Assembly: GCA_030390025.1 (NCBI GenBank) | Contig: CM059425.1 | Coordinates: forward strand, 169,634,001 to 169,698,000 | DNA: 64,000 nt | Source: Squalus acanthias | Taxonomy: Eukaryota | Direction of reading: 5' to 3' | Shown here: positions 49,872-63,000 of the stretch, piece by piece | How positions within the stretch are numbered: position 1 is the first letter of the stretch | Layout: each line of letters begins with the position of its first letter | Made by a program: the position numbers and the translations under genes | Notes under the pieces: generated by a model | Told to the model about the DNA's origin: nothing | The model's database searches: none | The model's input: the letters and a program-made list of their open reading frames with translations, nothing else

Positions 49872-52095
49872 GCTTGCAGATGGTACACATTGCAGCCACG
49901 GTATGCCGGTGGTGGAGGGAGTGAATGTTTAAGGTGGTGGATGGGGTGCCAATCAAGCGGGCTGCTTTGTCCTGGATGGTGTCGAGCTTCTTGAGTGTTG
50001 TTGGAGCTGCACTCATCCAGGCAAGTGGAGAGTATTCCATCACACTCTTACTTGTGCCTTGTAGATGGTGGAAAGGCTTTGGGGAGTCAGGAGGTGAGAC
50101 ACTCGCCGCAGAATACCCAACCTCTGACCTGCTCTTGTTGCCACAGTATTTATGTGGCTGATCCAGTTAAGTTTCTGGTCAATGGTGACCCCCAGGATGT
50201 TGATGGTGGGGGATTCGGCGATGGTAGTGCCGTTGAATGTCAAGGGGCAGTGATGAGACTCTCGCTTGTTGGAGATAGTCATTGCCTGGCACTTCTGTGG
50301 CACGAATGTTACCTGCCACTTATCAGCCCAAGCCTGAATGTCGTCCAGGTATTGTTGCATGCGGGCATGGACTGCTTCATTATCTGAGAAGTTGTGAATA
50401 GCGCTGAACACTGTGCAGTCATCAGGGAACATCCCCATTTCTGACTCTATTTTGGAGGGAAGGTCATTGATGAAGCAGCTGAAGATCGTTGGGCCCTAGC
50501 ACACTGCCCTGAGGAACTCCTGCAGCGATGTCCTGGGGCTGTGATGATTGACCTTCAACCACCACAACCATCTTCCTTTGTGCTAGGTATGACTCCAGCC
50601 AGTGGAGCGTTTTCCCCCCAATTCCCATTAACTTCAGTTTTACTAGGGCTCCTTGATGCCACACTCGGTCAAATGCTGCCTTGATGTCAAGGGCAGTCAC
50701 TCTCACCTCACCTCTGGAATTCAGCTCCTTTGTCCATGTTTGGACCAAGGCTGTAATGAAGTCGGGAGCCGAGTGGTCTTGGCGGAACCCAAACTGGGCA
50801 TCAATGAGCAGGTTATTGGTGAGTAAGTGCCGCTTGATAGCACTGTTGATGACATCTTCCATCACTTTGCTAATGATTGAGAGTAGACTGATGGGGCGGT
50901 AATTGGCCGGATTGGATTTGTCCTGCTTTTTGTGGACAGGACATAGCTGGGCAGTTTTCCACATTGTCGGATAGATGCCAGTGTTGTAGCTGTACTGGAA
51001 CAGCTTGTCTAGAGGTGCGGCTAGTTCTGGAGCACAAGTCTTCAGCACGATAGCCGGGATGTTGTCGGAGCCCATAGCCCTTGCTGTATCCAGTGCGCTC
51101 AGCCATTTCTTGATATCACGTGGAGTGAATCGAATTGGCTGAAGACTGGCTTCTGTGATGGTGGGGACCTCAGGAGTAGGCCGATTTGGATCATCTACTC
51201 GGCACTTCTGGCTGAAGATGGCTGCAAACGCTTCAGCCTTGTCTTTTACACTCATGTGCTGGGCTCCACCATCATTGAGGATGGGGATATTCATGGAGCC
51301 TCCTCCTCCTGTTAGTTGTTTAATGGTCCACCACCATTCACGACTGGCTATGGCAGGACTGCAGAGCTTTGATCTGATCCGTTGATTGGGGGATCGCTTA
51401 GCCCTCTCTATAGCATGCTGCTTGCCGCTTTTTAGCATGCGTGTAGTCCTGTATTGCAGCTTCCCCAGGCTGGCACCTCATTTTTAGGTTCGCCTGGTGC
51501 TGCTCCTGGCATGCTCTTCTACACTCCTTATTGAGCCGGGGTTGGTCCGCTGGCTTGATGGTAATGGTAGAGTGAGGGATATGCCGGGCCCTGAGGTTAC
51601 AGATTGTGGTGGAATACAACTCTGCTGCTGCTGATGGCCCACAGCGCCTCATAAGAACATAAGAACATAATAAATAAGAGCAGGAGTAAGCCATATGGCC
51701 CATCGAGCCTGCTCCGCCATTCAATAAGATCATGGCTGATCATCGACCTCAACTCCACTTTCCCACCCGATCTCCATATCCCTTGATTCCCCTAGAGTCC
51801 AAAAATCTACCTATCTCAGCCTTGAATATACTCAAAGACTCAGCATACACAGCCCTCTGGGGTAGAGAATTCCAAAGATTCACAACCCTCTGAGTGAAGA
51901 AATTCCTCCTCATCTCAGTCTTAATTGGCCTACCCCTTAACCCCTCGTTCTAGACACTCCAGTCAGGGGAAACAACCTCTCAGCATCTACCCTGTCAATC
52001 CCATGGATGCCCAGTTTTGAGCTGCTTGATCTGTTCTGAATCTATCCCATTTAGCACAGGTGGTAGTGCCACACAACACAATGGAGGGTGTCCTC
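49872..52095 (-). mobile_element. Second-family CR1/L2-group LINE ORF2 (RT), interrupted by CR1
   Basis: NYRPISLLS, QFGFR, LDIKAAFDRVWH, GVPQGSVLGP, FPDDCT, WQVTF. Confidence 0.92.
51650..52001 (-). mobile_element. CR1 3' fragment nested in the LINE above
   Basis: (cataagaa)n tail; host reads acagcgcctcat|ggatgcccag across it, with CAT at both junctions. Confidence 0.9.
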
Positions 52096-52159
52096 ACTGG
52101 GAACAGTAGCATAGTGGTAATGTCACTGGGCTAGAAACTTAACTGGATCTGCCGCATGT

Positions 52160-52746
52160 TTCCAGAGGCTGGGTATTCTGTGGCGTGTTTCTCACCTCCT
52201 GACGCCCCAAAGCCTTTCCACAATCTACAAGGCACAAGTCAGGAGTATGATGGAATACTCTTAACTTGCTTGTATGACTGCAGTTCCAACAACACACAAG
52301 AAGCTCGACACCATCCAGGACAAAGAAGCCCACTTGATTGGCACCCCATCCACCACCTTAAACATTCACTCCCTCCACCGTGGCTGCAGTGTGTACCATC
52401 TACAAGATGCACTGGAGCAACTCGCCAAGGCTTCTTCGACAGCACCTCCCAAACTCGACCACTTAGAAAGACAGCGTCAGCAGGCGCATGGGAACACCAC
52501 CACCTGCACGTTCATCTCCAAGTTACACACCATTTTGACTTAGAAATATATCGCCTGATCCTTCATCGTCGTTGGGTCAACATCCTGGAACTCTCTACCT
52601 AACAGCTGTGTGGAAGTACCTTCACCAAACGGACTGCAACGGTTCAAGAAGGCGGCTCACCACCACCTTCTCAAGGGCAATCAGGGATGGGCAATAACTG
52701 TTGACCTTGCCAGCGACGCCCACATCCCAGGAACGAATAAAAAAAA
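52160..52746 (+). mobile_element. 3' end of the second LINE family, abutting the K transposase
   Basis: KKLDTIQDKEAHLIGTPSTTLNIHSLH; tail cccacatcccaggaacgaataaaaaaaa. Confidence 0.9.
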
Positions 52747-53269
52747 GGGCGAAAGCATCCTGGCTGCTCCCCGAGAATCTTGTGCACACCTGCAGAAATA
52801 TCTTTTTATGGATGCACAGCAGCTGCACATTGATGGAGCCCTTGCGGTTGATCTGGGTTGTCCGGATTGCAACGTGTGTGAAGTCAATGATGCCCTGCAC
52901 TTGTGGGAAGCTGGCCAGAAATGCAAACCTGAGCATTTGCTCATTCTGACAGGCGTCATCGCATTGGCAAACAACCCACCAGTCATCTGTCCTATGCATT
53001 TGTGAGCCACTGACTAGGAGATGCTGGATATGTTTCCGGCAGAACCCTGGAAGAATCTGGAGGCAAAAAAGTTGAGGGTGATGGTCACTTTGACAGCCAC
53101 TGGTAGCGCGTGACCACCAGTTCCAGCAGGGAGCAGGTCTTCTTCTAGGAGGCTGCAGATGTCTGTCACCATCTGATGCTGCAACCTGAGCCTTCTGAAG
53201 CACTGCTGTTCCGACATGTCAAGGAAACTCAGCCTGTGTCACGGGTAGTGCCTCCCGTGAGCTGCACCT

Positions 53270-53615
53270 CTCTGCTGCTCCTCTCTCTGCTGCTCCTCTC
53301 TCTGCTGCTCCTCTCTCTGCTGCTCCCCTCTCTGCTGCTCCCCTCTCTGCTGCTCTCCTCTCTGCTGCTCCCCGCTCTGCTGCTCCCCTCTCTGCTGCTC
53401 CCCTCTCTGCTGCTCCCCGCTCTGCTGCTCCCCTCTCTGCTGCTCCCCTCTCTGCTGCTCTCCTCTCTGCTGCTCTCCTCTCTGCTGCTCCCCTCTCTGC
53501 TGCTCCCCGCTCTGCTGCTCCCCTCTCTGCTGCTCCCCTCTCTGCTGCTCCCCGCTCTGCTGCTCCCCTCTCTGCTGCTCCCCTCTCTGCTGCTCCCCTC
53601 TCTGCTGCTCCTCTC
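53270..53615. repeat. 15-bp minisatellite (ctctctgctgctccc), about 23 copies
   Basis: Directly visible; encodes R/S-G/E-EQQ in the transposase frame. Confidence 0.97.
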
Positions 53616-53646
53616 TGCGGTCCAGCTGCAGGTCTCTCAACAATAG

Positions 53647-53647
<1 letters not shown>

Positions 53648-53677
<30 letters not shown>

Positions 53678-54270
53678 GTGCTGCTGCTGCTGCTGGTGCT
53701 GGTGCTGGTGCTGCTGCTGCTGCTGGTGCTGCTGCTGCTGCTGCTGCTGGTGCTGGTGCTGCTGCTGCTGGTGCTGCTGCTGGTGCTGGTGCTGGTGCTG
53801 CTGCTGGTGCTGCTGCTGCTGCTGGTGCTGCTGCTGGTGCTGGTGCTGGTGGTGCTGGTGCTGTTGCTGGTGCTGCTGCTGGTGCTGGTGCTGGTGGTGC
53901 TGGTGCTGCTGCTGGTGCTGCTGCTGGTGCTGGTGCTGGTGGTGCTGGTGCTGCTGCTGGTGCTGGTGCTGGTGCTGGTGCTGGTGGTGCTGGTGCTGGT
54001 GCTGCTGCTGGTGCTGGTGCTGGTGCTGGTGCTGGTGGTGCTGGTGCTGTTGCTGGTGCTGCTGCTGGTGCTGGTGCTCGTGCTGCTGCTGCTGCTGGTG
54101 CTGGTGCTGCTGCTGCTGCTGGTGCTGGTGCTGGTGCTGCTGCTGATGCTGGTGCTGCTGCTGCTGCTGGTGCTGGTGCTGGTGCTGGTGCTGCTGCTGC
54201 TGCTGCTGGTGCTGGTGCTGGTGCTGCTGCTGGTGCTGGTGCTGGTGCTGGTGCTGCTGCTGGTGCTGGT
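53648..54270. repeat. Mixed (CTG/GTG)n trinucleotide tract, about 620 bp
   Basis: Directly visible; about 207 CAG/CAC codons (Q/H) on the - strand. Confidence 0.97.
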
Positions 54271-54322
54271 CATATTGCTCTTTGTCTGAGGTCCAGTCTA
54301 AGGGAGCCAATGTGGCACCCAT

Positions 54323-54771
54323 CCTGATGTGATTCAGAAAACTTCCAAAGTGTATAAAGTAAACTCTCAGCAAATGTACTGTGAACAAACCCTTTCCTAC
54401 TAGTAGGTAAGAAGGCAGTTGTGAGTACTGAGTATTTATTGCAATATTCCCATGAGTTTTAATCAGCCCCTCAATTGCCGTTGTGTTTTCGCCTTGCTTT
54501 CACTGGCAAGCTTCAGGAAGTCCGGGAAACCCATAGATGCGACATTAAATTTAAAACTGTGTTGAAATATCGCTCCAATTGATCGATTAGCGTATGTTAA
54601 TAGGCAACCCGCCTCTACCAAGGGGGTTATGCACAAGCAGCCTAATGCGCTCGAGTTAAACACAGAAGTCAGCGGGTTGGATCCAGCTTCCTGACGCGCT
54701 CAAATTTTGGTTGGTTTTAACCCCTCACTCGCACCCAAAAACACGCGCTACTCCAGATTAAAATTCCCCCC
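54323..54771 (-). mobile_element. Terminal non-coding arm of Harbinger K
   Basis: Ends aaaattcccccc|tatg, the reverse complement of GGGGGGAATTTT seen at the start of D and E. Confidence 0.75.
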
Positions 54772-55244
54772 TATGTGAGACACATGCTGAAGAGAGGAGA
54801 CAGAATCACAAGGAGACTGACACAAAGGTTGGAACTTCAGGGCTGCAAGCCTGTGATTTCCTAATCATGCAGGGAGTGCCTAATTGGGAAATTAGCCCTG
54901 GTTTTCTTTCCATAACATTATTGGTCATGATTTGTAGTGAAATATCAGTTTCATAATAAATATTGCTGTTTTCCTACTAAACCATAAAGCAATGTTGAAT
55001 TATAATTGAGTTCTATTTGACACATACTGATAATCAGGTAATGAGAACACCAATTGGTAAAAAACGTACCTGAGAATCATAAAGTACATTTCTTTTCCAC
55101 TTGAGATGCATGCCATTGTCACCAATTAATTGTATTTCATGATCTTCCATTATGTATCTACTTGTGCTGGACATGACTGTGTTATGCCCATGAGATAGTT
55201 TTGTTTTCACCATTACTACTACCATACACTTGCATTGCAATGTT

Positions 55245-57008
55245 TAAGAACATAAGAACATAAGAAAAAGGAGCAGGAGTAGGCCATACGGCCCCTCGAG
55301 CCTGCTCCGCCATTCAATAAGATCATGACTGATCATCGACCTCAACTGTACTTTCCCGCCCGATCTCCATATCCCTTGATTCCCCTAGAGTCCAAATATC
55401 TTTCTATCTCAGCCTTGAATATACTCAAAGACTCAGCATTCACAGCCTTCTGGGGTAGAGAATTCCAAAGTTTCACAACCCTCTGAGTGAAGCAATTTCT
55501 CCTCATCTCGGTCTTAAATGTCTTCCCCCTTATCATCAGACTATGCCCCCTAGTTCTAGACACTCCAGCCAGGGGAAACAACCTCTCAGCATCTACCCTG
55601 TCAATCCCCTTCAGAATCTTGAATGTTTCAATGAGATCACTTCTCATTCTTCTAAACTCCAGTGAGTATAAGCCCATTCTACACAATCTCTCATCATAGG
55701 ACAGCCCTCTCATCCCAGGAATCAATCTAGTGAACCTTTGTTGCACCGCCTCCAAGGCAAGTATATCTTTCCTTAGATAAGGAGACCAAAACTATGCACA
55801 GTACTCCAGGTGTGGTCTCACCAAGGCCCTGTATAATTGTAGCAAGATTTTCTTACTGTTATACTCCAACCCCCTTGCAATAAAGGCCAACATGCCATTT
55901 ACCTTCCTTATTGTTTGCTTTACCTGCGTGCTAGCTTTCTGTGTTTCTTGCACGAGGACACCCAAATCTCCCTGAACACCAACATTTAAAAGTTTCTCAC
56001 CATTTAAAAAATATTCTGTTTTTCTATTCCTACCAAATTGAATAACCTCACATTTCCCTACATTATACTCCATCTGCCACCTTACTGCCCACTCACTTAG
56101 TCTATCTATATCCCTTTGCAGACTCTTTGTGTTCTCCTCACAGCTTACTGTCACACCTAGCTTTGTATCATCAGCAAACTTGGATACATTACACTCGGTC
56201 CCTTCATCTAGGTCATTAATATAGATTGTAAATAGCTGAGGCCCCAACACTGATCCTTGCGGCACCCCACTAGTTACAGCCTGCCAACCTGAAAAAGATC
56301 CGTTTATCCCTACTCTCTGTTTTCTGTCCATTAACCAATCCTCTATCCATGCTACTATATTACCTCCAACCCCATGAGCCCTAATCTTGTGTAATAACCT
56401 TTTATGTGGCACCTTATCGAATGCCTTTTAGAAATCTAAATATATTACATCCACTGGCTCCCCTTTATCTACCCTGCTAGTTCCATCCTCAAAAAACTCC
56501 AAAAATTTGTCAAACACGATTTCCCTTTCATAAAAGCATGTTGACTCTGCCTAATCATGTTATGATTTTCTAAGTGCCCTGATACCACTTCCTTAACAAT
56601 GGATTCCAGCATTTTCCCGATGACTGATGTCAGGTTAACTGGCCTGTAGTTCCCTGTGTTTTCTCTCCCTCCTTTCTTGAATAGCGGTGTTACATTTGCT
56701 ATCTTCCAATCCGCTGGGACCGTTCTAGAATCTAGGGAATTTTGGAAGGTCAAAACCAATGCATCCACTATCTCTTCAGCTACCTCTTTTAGAACCCTAG
56801 GATGTAGGCCGTCAGGTCCAGGGGATTTGTCGGCTTTTAGTCCCACTAGTTTCACTAGTACATTTTCTCTACTTTTATTAATTACATTAAGTTCCTCACC
56901 CTCATTAGACCCTTGGTTCTGCACCATTTTTGGTTTGCTTTTTGTGTCTTCTACTGTAAAGACAGATACAAAATTCTTGTTTAACGTTTCTGCCATTTCC
57001 TTATTATT
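55245..57008 (-). mobile_element. 5'-truncated CR1 LINE
   Basis: SPGPDGLHPRVLKE, GVPQGSVLGP, FADDTKL; stops and frameshifts; (aagaacat)n tail. Confidence 0.95.
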
Positions 57009-60000
57009 TGATATACATTTATTATATGCGAGTAAACTTTTATGCGTGGTATAAAAAGAGGTATTTGTGAAAATCATGAAAAGCTTCTCATTCCCACTCG
57101 TAAAGATGACATTATATTATTTGGTCACCCTCACCCTAATGTTTCATGGGTTTCTAGAAAATATCCGTTATATGCACCCAGATACTTATTACAACATAAA
57201 AAGAACATGCTATAATTGCCAATAAAAGGCAGTCATAGGACCAAAAAGCAAAGCAGCAACATAGCTCATCCATGCAATCACAATGCTATGACATCCAATT
57301 TATCCTGGTATTACAAAAAAATAAACTATATTGGTGTTTAAAGTTCAGTTTCCATGCTACAGAGTAATTCCTTAATGGCTCTGTATCAATTGCAATAGGT
57401 TTCTGTCGTGTAGCTGTCAACCCTGAGTAAATTCACAGTGAGATGAAAGGCCACTTACTATTATGGCCTCTTTTTACTTATGTTCAACTGTACAGTGGTG
57501 TTGTCAGTGAAGACTTAAATTACTTTTTTTATGAAGAAGGTAACTATGGGAACAAATATTTTCAATGTGTAGTCCTATTCTCTTATGTGTTCAATATTGT
57601 GTTATAAATAACATCTTTATTTTTCAGAGAATCCCTTAGTAGAGTGTTTCTCTGTACTATTCAGAAGAATGAGATTTCACTTAAGTGGACTTACTCTGGT
57701 GATGCCAGCCAGCAAAACTTTTCACAAAGTACCTCCAGTAGGAAGCCAGCATCGATTTCAGCAGTGTTTTTAATAAAAATCTAATAATTTTTTACTATAT
57801 TTTTGCTCAATACAGCAATATCTTAGTGTGGACAGTGTCCAAATAAAGGGATTGCTCCCTGTCCATGAACAGGGTGACTGTGCTGAAATTAGGAAAGTTA
57901 GCAGATGGCATCTGCAAGGATAATTCTAGTTAATGTCTCAGCACATCAAATTCATTTAAAGAATGTGGGGTTTTTTGCATCACAAATGATCATTTAATTG
58001 TTGTCAGGTCTGGCCTACTACTTTTGATACTGGTAATAATAAACTCACCATGGAGGAACTGAATGCAACAGGAGGTTCTTAAGCACTGCAAACAATTGGT
58101 GCAGAAAATTATGTCCATGATTGAACTTCTAGATCTGCAGGAGGATGCAATTTCTGGTTCCACCACAACCAAGGAACAAGAACATCCAATAACCTGTTAA
58201 TAGTATACAATGGCAACAGTTGTGTGTGGAAATCTGATTATCTGGGATAATTTAGACTTATATATCCAATCAATATTGGGAATTTAAATGTACAATGCTT
58301 TATGGTGAGGCTGAATCCTTGCAGAGTTTAACCTCAAAGCCCACGCCCCTACTTTTCAATAAGGGTGGTTTTCTCTTTGATTGAACTTAGTTAAACATCT
58401 TAAAGGCTATGAAAGACTGAGCTAAGTTTCTTCTCCCTAATTGAAATTGCTTTGGCTGTATGCAGAATTTTATTTTTTAATTTCAGCTTTCTGGTGGCAC
58501 TTTTAAACACAAGCATCTAATTTGTTCTCTGAAAATAAGGCTCAATGCTAAACACCAGTTTTTGACCCCACATTGTCATATACTTTCACTGTATGTAACG
58601 GTAGCAGATGCCGTTCCCAGGTCCAGCTCTTCACCTCTCATTAAACAATGTCAGTCTCTCATTAAACAATGTTGTTGGCTTTTGGCAAATAATGTAATCA
58701 GGATATAAAGAACACAATTTGTTGGTAAGTGCATATTTTAAAATGAGAAAATTGCCTTGCTGTGGTTAAAGGTGTGACTGATGAATGCTAATAATGGTTG
58801 TGTATTTCGGTGTGCTGTGATTTACTAAGGTTCAAGCGTCATTCTTTGTTGCCTGACAGAGATTTCAAAGGAAGGTCAATGGTTTTGCTGAGAGATTATG
58901 ACAGCTGAGTTATGGATTCAAACACTTCAGGCTTTTTACTACAAACAGTAGAAATGAAATGGATCATGATTGATTGCCACTCAAGTCTAATATACATTTC
59001 TCTATTAGAAATATGCTATCCTTTTAACCATAAACATTGGCAAGCCCAGTGCATCTATTCTTTATTTTTCTAAGATTCATCAGTCTGATGTGCATTGGCT
59101 GCCGCCATAATTCTAGATCTATCCCTTTTTCTGATCATGTAAATGTGTTCCCAGATGCTTTTCTTTCATAGAAATCGCATACTTTATTGGAATTTAACTG
59201 TGCACGGTTTATATGATGACAGTTGCTGTAAAGATTACTATTTAAATTTTCTTTTAAACCATACAAGTATATGAGAGTAGAATGACACATCTTGACAGTA
59301 GAACATAAAGCCTTTAAAAAAAATAAAAACATTGATTAGCTTAGAGTTACTGAAGAGCAGAAGCACAAAAAAGTTGAAATAAATCAGATATATATTGAAT
59401 GTTCTAATTACAAGGAAACGCTGAGCACAGCATCATATTCAGGAGAAGGTCATTTTTTGCCAACCTTTCATTAGTACATTACTAATTACTGAAACAATGA
59501 ATCAAATATTTTAAGACATTGACCCATCATGACCCAATGTCTTGGCCAATCTGCACTTAGCATCTTCTACAATACATGGTCGATGACACACCAAATTAGC
59601 TCTGTTAGCCAATTTATATTTGAAATGCTTAGCTAAAGAATAAAATTACATTTTAGTTTGTTTCTAACTTCATCCTCTCTAAACATATAGTGGTGAAATT
59701 GGTCTTGTGCGGTAGTGCAAAACGGATGATGCCGAATCATCAGGCTGATTTAGATGCTGCCTGATTATCTTTTCCATTGAAAATGGGGTTAAACAAGTGA
59801 GTCAGTGGGTATTCTATTAAATGATGTGACTGTAGTCTCCTGGCTAACAATGTAAAGAAGCTAATAAAGGAAATCTGTAAATGTGATAGTGAAGTGTAAA
59901 GGGTATTAAAGGAGCTGTGGAAAATAATTTAGCAGCAAATTTAATTTTCAAGTACTATAATGAAGTGGTGCATATACATCCAAATAACATATTATACCTA

Positions 60001-63000
60001 GACATATTTTAAAAAGGTTAATTGTTTGCATGTTTTGTGAGGTACTGGTAATATGAGCTTCATCTAAAATATGAGTTTTGTTGAATTACATTACTTCTAA
60101 CCTGCAGTTATTACAGATTGACAAACCGGAACCAGGAAGATATATAGGAGGCTATACAAATGAATAATTAAAAAAAAAGGAAAGATCTGAAGATTTTCCT
60201 AGTTATTGTTTCCATTAGAGATGCAAGAAGCATTGACCAATGGTCTATATGTCTCCAAGGCTCGACTGACGAGGCTGGATAATTGGTTTATCATCATTAG
60301 AGGCATATGATGTCAAAGTAAAACCATATGGTGATAAATGAAAATGTCAAAGTTCAAGAAGCAAATGAGCACTCATGAGAGCCAGTTTTATTCTCTCAGC
60401 TTATCTGTCCCTTTGAATCTGGGGAAAACATTAATAATGAGAGAAGGGAGGGTTGGGAATGTAAATATTAAGCATGTCTGTACGAATTAGAATTTATGTG
60501 AAAGGGACAGAGGTACAAAGTTGTAAATATGAAGATGCAAACAGTTGGTGACAGCTTGTGGTTCAAAAACTAGAGCAAACAGCAGAAGGTTGAAGGGTAA
60601 CCTGTCTGGTGTGACCCTTGCAGTGGTAAGGATGAGATAACAGAATTAGTGTTAAGTTCACAAGGGTAATGATTACGCTAGGTCAAGGCAGTGTGCATAA
60701 GTGGGTTTTGAAATTATCCTTTCCAATGTGCTTTACTTCATAAATTAATTATGTGAAGAAATTAAGACATGTAGCTTATCTAGCTGACTATTTAGATCTC
60801 ATTTCAAAAAAAGATGGCAAAGGTTACACAGTAATAATATTTCTAAGAGTAGCTGGCTGTTCCAATAATGCCGTTGAGAGGATGGAGTGAACTTGTAACC
60901 CTAATATAGAAAGTTTTCTAATAACATTTTTGTGTGTAATACAATAAAGAATAGTGCTGAGAAATTGATTTTTGTTACACAAAGGCACTCCCTATCTAAG
61001 TTCAGGTGCAGTTTTGGTAAGCTTTCCCATTATACTGCTCCTCACTCCTCAGACAGTGATTTCCTGCTATGTAACTATTGACTCTTTCAAGAGTGAAATT
61101 CCCAGGCTGTTGATTCTGGGGCAAATTTTGTTTTGTGGATCCACATTGATTAAAGAGGAGACTCCAGGAATTAATTTCAGCTGCACACATTAACAGCCAT
61201 CAGTATTAGAATTTAATTTCCATGGGTTGGAATGAAACTTGAACCCAGAGATTACAACATTTTAGCCAGATGTCTCTTCTGGGTCATATATGTGTATTCA
61301 TTATTTTTAAACTCTACTTCCGGTAACACTTGAATTTTGTGACAGCCTGCCATAGTATATTATAAATGTCATTCTTTTAATTTTTTTATGCATTTGAACC
61401 AAGTATTTGTATAAAATTATGCAAAAAATATCTGCACTCTTTAATTATTTGAGAACATCTCCATAATAATTCACAGTCTTTTTTTAACTTTACAAAAAAG
61501 ATATAGTAAAGGGATAGAAATGGCAGAGTTGTTATCAAATGGGTGCATAGCAGCATAATATTTCTTAATAAACTATTAATCAGAATTCAACTATTGAATG
61601 CTGAATAGAAACCTCACCCCCCACAATGATATATAGACACCACCATTAAGCTCTGTGATTTTGTGGCACATTTCTTTGTACAAAACAAGGAAATGTAGTG
61701 AGCTTGCACATTGGCTGAGTTAGGATTTTACAACAATCCAGCACTTTTATGGTCATTTTTCTTTCTGATGCAAGTTCACAAATGATCAGATTATGTGAAT
61801 TCAACTTTATAACCTGCAATGGTGGGATTTAAACTCTCAACAGGTCAGTTGTTAGTTTAATAACATAGCAACGCTTTTGTACCCCATTAAAACTGGGGTT
61901 AAGAAGTAATGGGTTAGAATAAAGGAACCTTTTCTTTACATCTGGCTGTACAGTATTTGATCTGGGAATGGTTGATGCCCAAACATCTCTCTCCTTCACA
62001 ACAGCAAAAGAAAAATCACCTAAAAGTATAAACCTGCCAATTAGTGTTGGCTTTAACTGCAATCCCTCCATCGGCCACAGGAGTGCTTCGGAGGGGTAAC
62101 CAAAGCTTGGCCAATGAGAAGGTTGGGAGGGGGAGCGGTTGTAGGCCTGTAGGAAGCTACTGAGATAGGGAAGGGTGAGGCCAGGGGAGCAATTTATTGG
62201 TAAAATGGATGTCTGTGAGTTGCTTTTCTTCCTCACTGTACTTTCACCTCTGGAACCTGACTTAAAATGCAGCCTGGACTGATAGATTGAATTCGCCAAA
62301 ATTTGTTGCTGTACAGGTCCTACAGTCTTATTTCTGTTTGAAAGGGAATAGTAAAAAAGTACAAGACTGACTATAAATTAGCAATCTCATATCACAGAGA
62401 CACATAAGGATTGTTGTTTTGGGAAGTGCAGTTTGCAGAGTCAGTGCGAGGGCATTGTTCTTCTGCTTCAGCTGATAATTTTTTTCCCCCTCTTTAGGGG
62501 TCCAAGCCACTTCCCTAGGCTTGATATGCTCCCCCCCCCCCACGCCCCCGCCCCCCCCCCCCCACACTGCCTCAGTGGGTCCACTTTTACCCTTATGGAA
62601 TCTGTTCCTTCTTATTTGCACTCACTCAAAAGAGGGGGCAGAAAGTTATGCGCTCCTGTACACCTTAAAGCACTGCAGCATAATTCCAAAAACAAAATCC
62701 CCTGTATCCACACAGCTCACCCTTCCAGCAGCAAAGAAGTTGTCCTCGTGCTGAACCAATGTCCAAACAGCTAAAGAACTTCCAAGGGTAAGTTGCTAGC
62801 TGCTGCTTTAAGGATGTTCTTTTCTGAAGGCATGTTTCTAAACATTTATCTGCCCGCTGCTAGCCCTGGAAATGACATGGAATGCATGGCAACGTCACTT
62901 CTGTGTGACCATCGCCCGCTTTGCCCCAGGAAATGTGCATCATGCGCAAGAAAGGAGGAGACCCAGTGTTGCGGGTCTGTGCCCCTATTTCCTGTCCAGA

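Larger units (their letters stand above)
52747..54322 (-). pseudogene. Harbinger transposase (element K) with expanded N-terminal repeats; frameshifted and 3'-truncated
   Basis: ATG 54322 MGATLA...; RLSFLDMSEQQCFRRLRL, LPVAVKVTITLNFFAS, FPQVQGIIDFTHVAI, SINVQLLC, GSSQDAF. Confidence 0.9.

Noticed and set aside
53270..53615. CRISPR-like array
   Set aside because: Contiguous 15-bp units with no unique spacers, in a eukaryotic context.
53176..54289. Long poly-L/V, poly-S/T and SLLLP ORFs
   Set aside because: Alternative-frame and antisense readings of stop-free tandem repeats.
58000..58200. Short helical ORF or exon (MQQEVLKHCKQLVQKI...)
   Set aside because: 46 codons, no clear splice pair and no homology evidence.
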